A program made the translations under genes and the position numbers. A stretch of DNA of 64,000 bases from SAR86 cluster bacterium (GTDB lineage: Bacteria > Pseudomonadota > Gammaproteobacteria > Magnimaribacterales > TMED112). The notes beneath the pieces were generated by a model. That model did no database searches. It was not told the origin of the DNA and saw nothing but the letters and a program-made list of their open reading frames with translations. The stretch is from assembly GCA_003331635.1 (NCBI GenBank), contig QOPH01000002.1:210412-274411 (forward strand), given 5' to 3'. Below, one piece after another: positions 56,611-64,000 of the stretch; positions within the stretch are counted from its first letter, which is position 1; each line of letters opens with the position of its first letter.

Positions 56611-57396
56611 TTAGACGAATTTATTCTCTCTGAACCAAAGATTAAATGCATACTTTTCACCCTTAGTTACAGGTCTACCAGCATGCAATGAGTCTGGGTG
56701 AACTTTTGTTGTTCCAGGAAGTACGTTTTTCCAAACGAGTAAAGAACCTTTTTTTGGAGCCACAGATATATTTAAATCAGGAAACTCTGTTGAACCTCCT
56801 TCTTCAACATCATTAAGATAGCCCAAGGCAGTGTAAATTCTTTGGCCTCCTCTTTTAAGATGTTTTTTTCCTTCATCTGTATCTGCATTAAAAGCATCAT
56901 GGTGGTCGTTATATTCTGTACCACCTGTGTAATAGACCACTTGGAATGATTCAGCATTTTTAAGAGGAAAACCAACTAAATCTGCTATTCTTTGTCCTAA
57001 GTTTGTAGTTATATTTGAGTGACTGTGTGCTATCCAACAATTACTTCCCGTTCTATTCAGATGGTATATTCCGTCTTTTCCACCAATAGTTTTTGCCCTT
57101 TCTAAATTGCCATCTGATACATTTCTAATATGTTCACATTCCTCATCTGAAATAAAGTTTTCAATAACATATACCAAAGGATCTTCGTTATAAATAATTT
57201 TTTCACCTTCTGTACGTATAGGTTTTTTTGGTGTGAATTTTTTTGGCGTTTGGATTGTAGGTTTTTCTTTGTTTTCTTGAGGTTTTGCAAGACCAGAATT
57301 TACGCCAATTATATACAAGGCTCGCATTGATAAGCCAAGTCCAAGCATGGCAAACAAAAGTGCTAGTATTGATAAAACAAATGCTGCTACGTCCAT
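56611..57396 (-). CDS. membrane-anchored prolyl 4-hydroxylase-like 2OG-Fe(II) oxygenase
   Basis: 261 aa with an N-terminal TM helix and the Lys/Pro-rich linker KPTIQTPKKFTPKKP. The HxD...H facial triad is HHDAF...HAG, and the 2OG-binding Lys lies in KGEKYAFNLWF. Confidence 0.8.
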   Translation of the reverse strand: MDVAAFVLSILALLFAMLGLGLSMRALYIIGVNSGLAKPQENKEKPTIQTPKKFTPKKPIRTEGEKIIYNEDPLVYVIENFISDEECEHIRNVSDGNLERAKTIGGKDGIYHLNRTGSNCWIAHSHSNITTNLGQRIADLVGFPLKNAESFQVVYYTGGTEYNDHHDAFNADTDEGKKHLKRGGQRIYTALGYLNDVEEGGSTEFPDLNISVAPKKGSLLVWKNVLPGTTKVHPDSLHAGRPVTKGEKYAFNLWFRENKFV

Positions 57397-57447
57397 AAAA
57401 ATATTATACTTTAAAGATAGTGTTCAACAGAATAAAGCTTAACTAAA

Positions 57448-58422
57448 TTAATACTTACTTACTTTTTCAGTAAGTTCTTTATTTGCAGAATTAAATTCTT
57501 GTCTCATTTGAGCCACCAATTCATCAACTGTTGGTGAGTTTTTAATTGAACTTATTCCTTGGCCAGCTCCATAAATATCTTTCCAAACTTTAGCAGAAGC
57601 ATTTCCACCTGAGTTAAAATTCATTTTTGTTTTATCTGCTTCAGGCAAACTTTCAGGATCCATTCCAGCTCTACTAATTGAAGGTCCTAAGTAGTTGCCT
57701 TTAACCCCACTAAAATAATTTGTATAAACGATATCTTTTGCAGCGGATTCAATAAGCATTTTCTTATAATCATCATCTGCTTCGGATTCTTTAGTAGCAA
57801 TAAACCTTGTGCCTATGTAGGCTAAATCCGCTCCCATAGCTAGTGCACTGGATATCGAGAATCCATCTGATATAGAGCCCGATAGAAGTATGGTTCCGTC
57901 ATACCATTCTCTAGTTTCTCTAAGCAAGGCAAAAGGTGATAAATTCCCAGCATGTCCACCAGCTCCAGCACAGACTAAAATAAGCCCATCGACCTCTTGC
58001 TCGACAGCTTTTTGTGCATGTCTTGTACTTATAACATCATGAAAAACTAAGCCACCGTAAGAGTGAATTGCTTTAACTAAATCCTCTGGTGGTCTTAGAG
58101 AGGTGATGATTATAGGTGCCTCATGTTTGACACATGTCTCTACATCTTTGAAAAGTCTGTCATTCGATAAATGGCAAATTTGATTTACAGCAAAAGGCGC
58201 AACTTTTTTATCAGGATTATCTTCTTTAAATTGTCCAAGCTCATCTTTAATTTGTCTAATCCAATCACTTAGTAATTCTTGAGGTCGGGCATTTAAAGCA
58301 GGAAAAGAACCAACAACTCCAGCTTTGCATTGTGCAATTACTAAATCTGGCCTGGAAATAATAAATAAGGGAGCTCCAACTACAGGAATAGATAAATTGT
58401 CTTCTAAAATTTTTGGTAACAT
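57448..58422 (-). CDS. nitronate monooxygenase / NPD-family FMN oxidoreductase
   Basis: 324 aa with a TIM-barrel FMN enzyme pattern: VGAPLFIIS, CAGAGGHAGN and ALAMGADLAYIGTRF. Confidence 0.85.
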   Translation of the reverse strand: MLPKILEDNLSIPVVGAPLFIISRPDLVIAQCKAGVVGSFPALNARPQELLSDWIRQIKDELGQFKEDNPDKKVAPFAVNQICHLSNDRLFKDVETCVKHEAPIIITSLRPPEDLVKAIHSYGGLVFHDVISTRHAQKAVEQEVDGLILVCAGAGGHAGNLSPFALLRETREWYDGTILLSGSISDGFSISSALAMGADLAYIGTRFIATKESEADDDYKKMLIESAAKDIVYTNYFSGVKGNYLGPSISRAGMDPESLPEADKTKMNFNSGGNASAKVWKDIYGAGQGISSIKNSPTVDELVAQMRQEFNSANKELTEKVSKY

Positions 58423-59127
58423 TTAATTTTGCTTGCTATTTAAATGGTCAGTGAGCCAACTTATCGACCAATTATGGCCTAACCTATTGCCATTATATTC
58501 CTCTGGTAATCTTTTTGCTACAACTCCCTCTATTTCGAGTAATTGGGGATCTGATTTTAGATTTCTAAACTCACCATCAAGCTCTTTAATAGTCATCCAA
58601 TTAAAACCAAGATTATTTTCGTTAATTTTTCTTGGTGGAGTGTATCCACAAAAGGTTCTGATTAAAAAATTGCCTTTTAGAGGTGCTGCGACAAAATGTC
58701 CTTCAACTTTAGAATCAAAATCATCTGTTAAAATTTTAGAAACAACCAGCCCACCATAGCTGTGTCCGACAAGCACTATTTTTTTGTATCTTTCTTTTAG
58801 TCGATCAATTTCTAATGAGATCTTTCTTATTGCTTCATTAGGACATCCAATAGTATTCCATCTGTAAAAGGATATTCTATTGTTTTTTTTATCTAAATTT
58901 ATGAGCGGGTAAACCCATTCATACCCTTCAGTGCCTCTTCCATGAATTGCGATTAATAAAGTGTTTTGGAAATCCCTCTCTTTTTCAAGAAAATGTAATC
59001 CATTGTTTAATTTGGTAAGAATTTTGCCAGTAACAAAAGCTCCATCTTCCTCAAAAGATATTCTCAGGTCATCAATATCAAGAGCAAATAGATTTAGAGA
59101 AAATAATGACAGAAAAATTAAACGCAT
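58423..59127 (-). CDS. secreted alpha/beta hydrolase (lipase/esterase-like)
   Basis: Trimmed to the ATG at 59127 (MRLIFLSLFSLNLFA signal peptide). It has the nucleophile elbow GHSYGG and abuts the NMO start with no gap. Confidence 0.7.
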   Translation of the reverse strand: MRLIFLSLFSLNLFALDIDDLRISFEEDGAFVTGKILTKLNNGLHFLEKERDFQNTLLIAIHGRGTEGYEWVYPLINLDKKNNRISFYRWNTIGCPNEAIRKISLEIDRLKERYKKIVLVGHSYGGLVVSKILTDDFDSKVEGHFVAAPLKGNFLIRTFCGYTPPRKINENNLGFNWMTIKELDGEFRNLKSDPQLLEIEGVVAKRLPEEYNGNRLGHNWSISWLTDHLNSKQN

Positions 59128-59131
59128 GAAT

Positions 59132-59425
59132 CTATTTAAACTTTTTAACCAAATAAAAACCAAGCCATGTGCTTAAAATAGTTTTTAACGTAAGCATTAT
59201 AAATGCAGGAAACTGCCACCAGAAATCAAGATATGCATTCCAAAACCAAGAATAGATCCAGTCGTGAAAAAAATCTAAGTTTTGTTTCAAAAAAATCTTA
59301 GAACTTAAATCTAAAAAACCATATGGGGTTTGAAATATGTATAGCAAAATCCATCCAAGTAAAAATAACTGTATGGGGGTTGTATAAATACAGAAATAAC
59401 CAAACCCTAGGCCTAAACTTTTCAT
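59132..59425 (-). CDS. small Trp-rich membrane protein (97 aa), hypothetical
   Basis: Three hydrophobic segments and eight Trp residues. No family recognised. It is tightly packed between neighbouring genes. Confidence 0.45.
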   Translation of the reverse strand: MKSLGLGFGYFCIYTTPIQLFLLGWILLYIFQTPYGFLDLSSKIFLKQNLDFFHDWIYSWFWNAYLDFWWQFPAFIMLTLKTILSTWLGFYLVKKFK

Positions 59426-59433
59426 ATTGTAAA

Positions 59434-60372
59434 TTATAGTTTTTTTTCAGTTCTGAAGAAAAAGAAAAAAGATAAAGTTGCTAGTGAGCTTAAAATGTGC
59501 CAAATACCATGTGGTTGAATAATGCTATCAGGATTGCAAAGTGGCATATTTGGATAGCCTTGAAGCCAAATTGCAAATGCTGACATATAGAACCCAACAC
59601 CTAAGAAAAACCATGGATTATATTTCTTTTTTATCTTTGGTTTTTTATTCATAAGAATGCCTGGAAGCCAAAAAAATGGCACCCACCAATATAAATTAGG
59701 ATTCTGAATTATCTCATTAGGAAATATGCCAAATACTGCCATCACTGCAATTGCTATAAAGCCAGATAAAATTCTTAATGTGTTAGACCAGAAATTAAGT
59801 AAGACCTCTGTAATTATCCACCATCCAATAGACAGTGACCAAAGATTGAAATTAATTCCTAAGTCATACCCAAAAAACCAGCTCAACATCGAATATACAA
59901 AAATTATTGATAAGTACGTTTTTGCAAATGACTGATCTGACCAGCCTTGGCTTCCGAATAAATTTATTAACCAAGGGATAGAAATATAAAGAATCATACT
60001 TAACCAGTCTGCCCATTGGCCCCATTCAGTATGTGTCCCATGCATTAAAAGTGAGCCTGGGCCAAGAAATACTGCAGTAGCAGCATACAAAATTGCAACA
60101 GGTGTAGGTCCCACAAATCTGCTTTCTTGATTTTTAGGCTCATGAGCAATAATCCAAAACATTATTAAACCAGTTGTTATAAATCCTAAATTACTTAGAG
60201 CATTAAATGGCTCCCTAAAAAAACCACCGCTTATTCTTTCGCACCATCTTGATACCTCTCCTATGGCATATCCTTTCTCAACGGATAAAAATGAAGTTGT
60301 ACTTGCTAGAACAAAGTAAAGAACGAAAAAAGCAATTACAGTTACTAAAGGAAGCAGGAAAACTCTGTTCAT
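59434..60372 (-). CDS. ceramidase-like (alkaline phytoceramidase/CREST-type) seven-TM hydrolase
   Basis: 312 aa with about seven TM helices. Motifs seen: EPFNALSNLGF, HGTHTEWGQWADWLSM, and a C-terminal HGIWHILSS (HxxxH) as in alkaline ceramidases. Confidence 0.6.
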   Translation of the reverse strand: MNRVFLLPLVTVIAFFVLYFVLASTTSFLSVEKGYAIGEVSRWCERISGGFFREPFNALSNLGFITTGLIMFWIIAHEPKNQESRFVGPTPVAILYAATAVFLGPGSLLMHGTHTEWGQWADWLSMILYISIPWLINLFGSQGWSDQSFAKTYLSIIFVYSMLSWFFGYDLGINFNLWSLSIGWWIITEVLLNFWSNTLRILSGFIAIAVMAVFGIFPNEIIQNPNLYWWVPFFWLPGILMNKKPKIKKKYNPWFFLGVGFYMSAFAIWLQGYPNMPLCNPDSIIQPHGIWHILSSLATLSFFFFFRTEKKL

Positions 60373-60560
60373 TAAAAACCAGTTTCCTCTTTAGCTGTTT
60401 CAATATTAATTGTGTCACCGAAAGAAGAAATTCTTAAGAGTATTGGATTACAACATACCTGACAGTCTTCTACATATTCTTGGTTAGGCTCTGATAAATC
60501 TATCTCAAAATATATGCTTTCCCAACAATAAGGACACTGAGCTAACTTTTCTTCAAGCAT
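60372..60560 (-). CDS. CPXCG-motif cysteine-rich zinc-ribbon protein
   Basis: 62 aa with CPYCWE...CQVCCNP, the Cys_rich_CPXG-type pattern. Its stop overlaps the downstream start by 1 nt. Confidence 0.7.
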   Translation of the reverse strand: MLEEKLAQCPYCWESIYFEIDLSEPNQEYVEDCQVCCNPILLRISSFGDTINIETAKEETGF

Positions 60561-62498
60561 CTATAAATACTTCTCAAAAAACATTAATGTGACTTGTTGA
60601 GATACATCGCTGTTTTCTTTTTTCCTGAAACCATGCCCCTCATTTAAGGCGTTCATATACCAGACTGTTTTACCCTCTTTTCTTAAAGCTTCAACAACTT
60701 GTTCAGATTCCGTTACAGGAACTCTAGGATCATTTTCACCTTGAACAACTAGCATAGGAATATCAATTTCAGCAACGTTATTATTTGGGCTTATTTTTTC
60801 AAGAAATGCTCTCATTTCTGGGTCTCTTTCATCACCATACTCAACTCTTCTCAAGTCCCTTCTATAATCTTCAGTATTTTTTAAGAAAGTAACAAAATTA
60901 GAAATACCTACTCTATCAACTGCTCCAACAAGTTGATCGCTGTAGTAAACGGCGCTTGCAAGAACCATATATCCACCATACGAGCCACCAATAACAGCCA
61001 CTCTATCTGAATCTAAATCTGGCTGTGTTTTAACCCAATCTAGGAGAGCGCCAATATCTTTTACAGAGTCTTCTCTCTTAAAGCCATTATCCATTTTTAA
61101 ATAGTCTTTCCCATAGCCATTGCTTCCTCTCACATTAGGAGCGATGACAGCAGCACCTAGTCTTTTCACCCATTGCTGAATCGAACTGGAAAATCTTGGT
61201 CTATATTGACTCTCTGGTCCGCCATGAATTGTAATAATTACTGGAACTGGCTCTTTAATATTTTCAGGCTTATAGATAAATGCAGGTACCTCTAAATCAT
61301 CAAATGATTTGAATGATATTAAATTTGGTAGGACAAATTCATCTGTATTTAAGCCTCCCACTTCAGATTCTGTCCATTGAACAACATCTAAGTAATCTAA
61401 ATTTCTTTTTCCTAAATTGACTATATGTGTTTCGGATGGCGATTTAGCATTATTTAATGAAAGACCTAATTTTTTTCCATTATCACTAAACTTAATTCCA
61501 CCAATTAAGCCCTTACTCTTCATCTCTACTTTTTTAAATTTAAAGCTTCTTGCGTCCATAAGGTAAAGAACACTAAAACCACCCTCATTTGCAGTAAATG
61601 CTGCTCTTTTTCTATCTTTTGATATGGCGAAGCCTTCAATATTCCACGGAATAGTTTCACTTATAATTTTTACTCTTCCGTTTGTGAGACTTTTATATGC
61701 AAGTTGCCTAAACTGTCCAAATTGATCAGTAAGGAAAAAGAATCCTCTTCCAGAAGTGCCAAATGCAAGTGCTAAATTTGAAGAGTCTTCCTTATCAGTT
61801 ACAAGTTCGCTCTCTCCAGTCTCAGTGTCAACAATGAAGATTCTGGAAGAAGTAACAGAAATATAATTTTGCAATAAGATTTTTTTTGAATCTTTCGACC
61901 AATCTGCAGGAGTCCAACTCGTGCCATCAGGTGAAGCAAAAACCATCTTAGCTTGCTCTGGATATTTATAGTCCATTACCCAAACATCGTTTGAGGCTCC
62001 ATTTCTTCTTGTAGTTCCAAAAGCAATTTTTTCACCATCCCTACTCCACAAAACAGAACCATTTCTAGACTCACCATCAGAAACTAATACTGTTCTGCCA
62101 TTTTCTGGATTCATAACATATATTTGTGCATTTTCTGAACCGCCGCTATCCATAGTGAAAGCAATTAGTTCTCCTTTTGGCTGTACTGAAACAGAACCAA
62201 TAGGTTCATCAAAAAAAGTAACTTGTTTTCTCATTCCCAGTGGTTTATCAACGACGTGAAGCTGGCCTACATCACCAAATCTTGTTGATATGAATACACC
62301 CTCATTATCAGATTTAAAGCCACGAAAAGATGCTGATCTGATATTTTGATAGCCTTTCAATTCTTTTTTAATCTCTTCAGGTATATTTGGAACATCTTCT
62401 AAAATGAGATTTCCATTATTGAACGTTCTAGTTTCAACTTGTGTTTGAACAAATATAGACGCAAAAAACAAAATTAAAATTATTTTTTTCATACTCAC
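60561..62498 (-). CDS. S9-family serine peptidase (prolyl oligopeptidase/DPP-type) with beta-propeller
   Basis: 645 aa with a signal peptide and a TolB-like propeller N-terminal half. The catalytic Ser is in GGSYGGYM, followed by the GENDPRV Asp and the NEGHGF His. Confidence 0.9.
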   Translation of the reverse strand: MSMKKIILILFFASIFVQTQVETRTFNNGNLILEDVPNIPEEIKKELKGYQNIRSASFRGFKSDNEGVFISTRFGDVGQLHVVDKPLGMRKQVTFFDEPIGSVSVQPKGELIAFTMDSGGSENAQIYVMNPENGRTVLVSDGESRNGSVLWSRDGEKIAFGTTRRNGASNDVWVMDYKYPEQAKMVFASPDGTSWTPADWSKDSKKILLQNYISVTSSRIFIVDTETGESELVTDKEDSSNLALAFGTSGRGFFFLTDQFGQFRQLAYKSLTNGRVKIISETIPWNIEGFAISKDRKRAAFTANEGGFSVLYLMDARSFKFKKVEMKSKGLIGGIKFSDNGKKLGLSLNNAKSPSETHIVNLGKRNLDYLDVVQWTESEVGGLNTDEFVLPNLISFKSFDDLEVPAFIYKPENIKEPVPVIITIHGGPESQYRPRFSSSIQQWVKRLGAAVIAPNVRGSNGYGKDYLKMDNGFKREDSVKDIGALLDWVKTQPDLDSDRVAVIGGSYGGYMVLASAVYYSDQLVGAVDRVGISNFVTFLKNTEDYRRDLRRVEYGDERDPEMRAFLEKISPNNNVAEIDIPMLVVQGENDPRVPVTESEQVVEALRKEGKTVWYMNALNEGHGFRKKENSDVSQQVTLMFFEKYL

Positions 62499-62519
62499 CT
62501 CTTTTTTATATTTTAATAA

Positions 62520-63173
62520 TTAAGCAGTTTTTTTGAAGAATAAAACTATACCAGTAATGGCACTTAAAAGCGCTAGTACTGAAAAGATTTTGAGAAAAAT
62601 ATTTCCTATATTATCTCTATCTTGCCAATCCATTATGTGAAAACCCCAAAGCAAATCCCAAATTCTCCACTGAGTTGACCTTACTGCGCTTATATCTCCA
62701 GAATATGGATTTACATAAACATTTATCTCTTCATTTTTTTTGTTTTTTGATACAACACGATAGATAGGAAGGTCTCTTCCTCTGTACTCTGCTCTTTTCT
62801 TAGCCTCTGTTACTTCCTCTACTAATAAAGGTGATAAATTTGTTTTAGTCTTGACGACTTTAAGAGCATCTTCAAAAGAAATTTTATCTATTAAATTTCC
62901 GTCAAAATCAAAATATTTCTTACCTTGTGTGTCCCTTATAACAACAACTCTTTCATTGAGTCTGTTGGCAAAACTTAATGTACTTATATCTTCAACTTCA
63001 AAATTTATTTTACTGAGATCTACTGAAAAAGATGTTTGTTCCCTATACTGTTCGCCTCTAACATTCTCAATCTTGTTATAAGCAAAATAAATGCCTGAAG
63101 CAGTCCAAAGTAAGAGCTGCAGAGAAATAAATAAACTTAAATATTTATGAATTTTTCTAATAGTAAATTTCAT
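62520..63173 (-). CDS. PepSY-domain membrane protein
   Basis: 217 aa with the N-terminal PepSY-associated TM helix IHKYLSLFISLQLLLWTASGIYF. It has a periplasmic PepSY-like domain and a C-terminal TM helix. Confidence 0.6.
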   Translation of the reverse strand: MKFTIRKIHKYLSLFISLQLLLWTASGIYFAYNKIENVRGEQYREQTSFSVDLSKINFEVEDISTLSFANRLNERVVVIRDTQGKKYFDFDGNLIDKISFEDALKVVKTKTNLSPLLVEEVTEAKKRAEYRGRDLPIYRVVSKNKKNEEINVYVNPYSGDISAVRSTQWRIWDLLWGFHIMDWQDRDNIGNIFLKIFSVLALLSAITGIVLFFKKTA

Positions 63174-63197
63174 AATTTTTATATGAGGATAATTTCT

Positions 63198-63995
63198 TTA
63201 AAAAGAACCACTTCTGTTTCTCGTGTTAGGTGGACCAAAAATTATTGAGAAAACTTCCCTACAATTTTTAGCTTTTTGAATATCTTGCATCATAGATTGC
63301 CAGCCCATGAATGTAATTTTTATGGGATTAAAAGTATTTACATTATTTACTAAACCATATTTAACTTTAGCTTTTTCTGGTTCAAAAGTTCCAAACATAC
63401 GGTCCCAAATTATTAATAAATTGCCGTAATTTTTGTCTATGTATTCTGCGTTTGCTCCGTGATGAACTCTATGATGTGATGGCGTGTTTAAGATCCACTC
63501 CAGAGGACCTAATTTCCCTACTATTTGTGTATGTCCAACAACTCCCCATAAAGTACTAATTACACCAGCAACTGCAATAATTGTTGGATCTAGGCCTAAT
63601 ATTGGTAGAACAATGAAAAATGGAATTTTTGAAACAGGTCCCAGCCAAGCTTGCCTCATTGAAACAGCAAAATTCATTTCTTCACTAGAGTGATGACTCA
63701 TATGTATTGCCCATAAAAACCTTACTCTGTGAGAGAACCTGTGATAAATATAAAAGACAAAATCGATCAAAATAAATGTCATTAACCACATAGCCCACAA
63801 AGGAACCACATTAGCAAGATCAAAAACCCTGAATTGATATAAAAATATATGCAATCCAAGCGTTGCTCCTTTTATTGCAAAGCCAATTAGGATGTTGCCA
63901 AAGAGTAATCCACTCGTGCAAAGTGTGTCTTTGTTTTTATAAAAAGATTTTTTGTTAAAACCTGAAATTAAAGTCTCAATCAATATCATGGCCAA
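63198..63995 (-). CDS. fatty acid hydroxylase / sterol desaturase-family membrane di-iron enzyme
   Basis: 265 aa with the histidine boxes HRFSHRV, HMSHHSSEE and HHRVHH. The start lies 5 nt from the window end, so an upstream extension cannot be excluded. Confidence 0.8.
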   Translation of the reverse strand: MAMILIETLISGFNKKSFYKNKDTLCTSGLLFGNILIGFAIKGATLGLHIFLYQFRVFDLANVVPLWAMWLMTFILIDFVFYIYHRFSHRVRFLWAIHMSHHSSEEMNFAVSMRQAWLGPVSKIPFFIVLPILGLDPTIIAVAGVISTLWGVVGHTQIVGKLGPLEWILNTPSHHRVHHGANAEYIDKNYGNLLIIWDRMFGTFEPEKAKVKYGLVNNVNTFNPIKITFMGWQSMMQDIQKAKNCREVFSIIFGPPNTRNRSGSF

Positions 63996-64000
63996 AATTA

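Noticed and set aside
1-64000. A window-wide search for CRISPR arrays, tandem or interspersed repeats, IS elements, rRNA, tmRNA, RNase P RNA, and group II intron or retron reverse transcriptases.
   Set aside because: I saw no periodic repeat-spacer pattern, no long duplicated segments apart from the divergent paralog pairs (sulfatases, ExbB-like, amidohydrolases), and no RT, transposase or Cas-like ORFs. An exhaustive repeat search by eye is not possible, so short dispersed repeats could have been missed.

Overview
This is a 64 kb AT-rich (about 30% GC by eye), very gene-dense chromosomal segment. I call about 80 protein genes, one tRNA-Phe(GAA) and one glutamine (glnA-motif) riboswitch. I saw no rRNA, CRISPR array, transposase, integrase, phage genes or convincing intrinsic terminators. 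Many neighbouring genes overlap by 1-8 nt (ATGA, TAATG, GTGA junctions), and intergenic spacers are mostly under 150 nt.

Gene content and synteny suggest a streamlined marine gammaproteobacterium: rph-pyrE-ribE, yicC-gmk-rpoZ-spoT-pyrB, recG, rubredoxin divergent from ubiC-ubiA, yqiB-yqiA, mutY-yggX, lgt-thyA-folA, efp-argS, yggS-yggT, rpoH-thiS-thiG-trmB, lipB-lipA and a six-gene TonB2-type cluster. That assignment is inference, and SAR86-like would only be a guess.

Most of the window is housekeeping. The observations most worth follow-up are:
- **Metal module downstream of tRNA-Phe (22.7-24.3 kb).** A compact four-gene operon encodes an outer-membrane-barrel-like protein, a His-rich periplasmic HMA protein, a MerT-like permease and a CsoR/RcnR-family repressor. 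A perfect ATACCC-N5-GGGTAT palindrome sits on the first start codon. No efflux ATPase, MerA or MerR is present.
- **Glutamine riboswitch (17.6 kb).** A textbook-looking aptamer lies in the leader of a type II (eukaryote-like) glutamine synthetase.
- **Fused NAD-related protein.** A PncC/CinA-like domain is fused to an HxGH nucleotidyltransferase domain.
- **Lipid-related genes.** A minus-strand string encodes envelope and lipid-modifying proteins, including a ceramidase-like membrane hydrolase.
- **Compaction oddities.** These include back-to-back start codons (CATATG), thiS starting inside the end of rpoH, and a micro-ORF coupled to the membrane pyrophosphatase.

I found no clear defence system or biosynthetic gene cluster. 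All family assignments come from motif recognition by eye and need HMM or BLAST confirmation.
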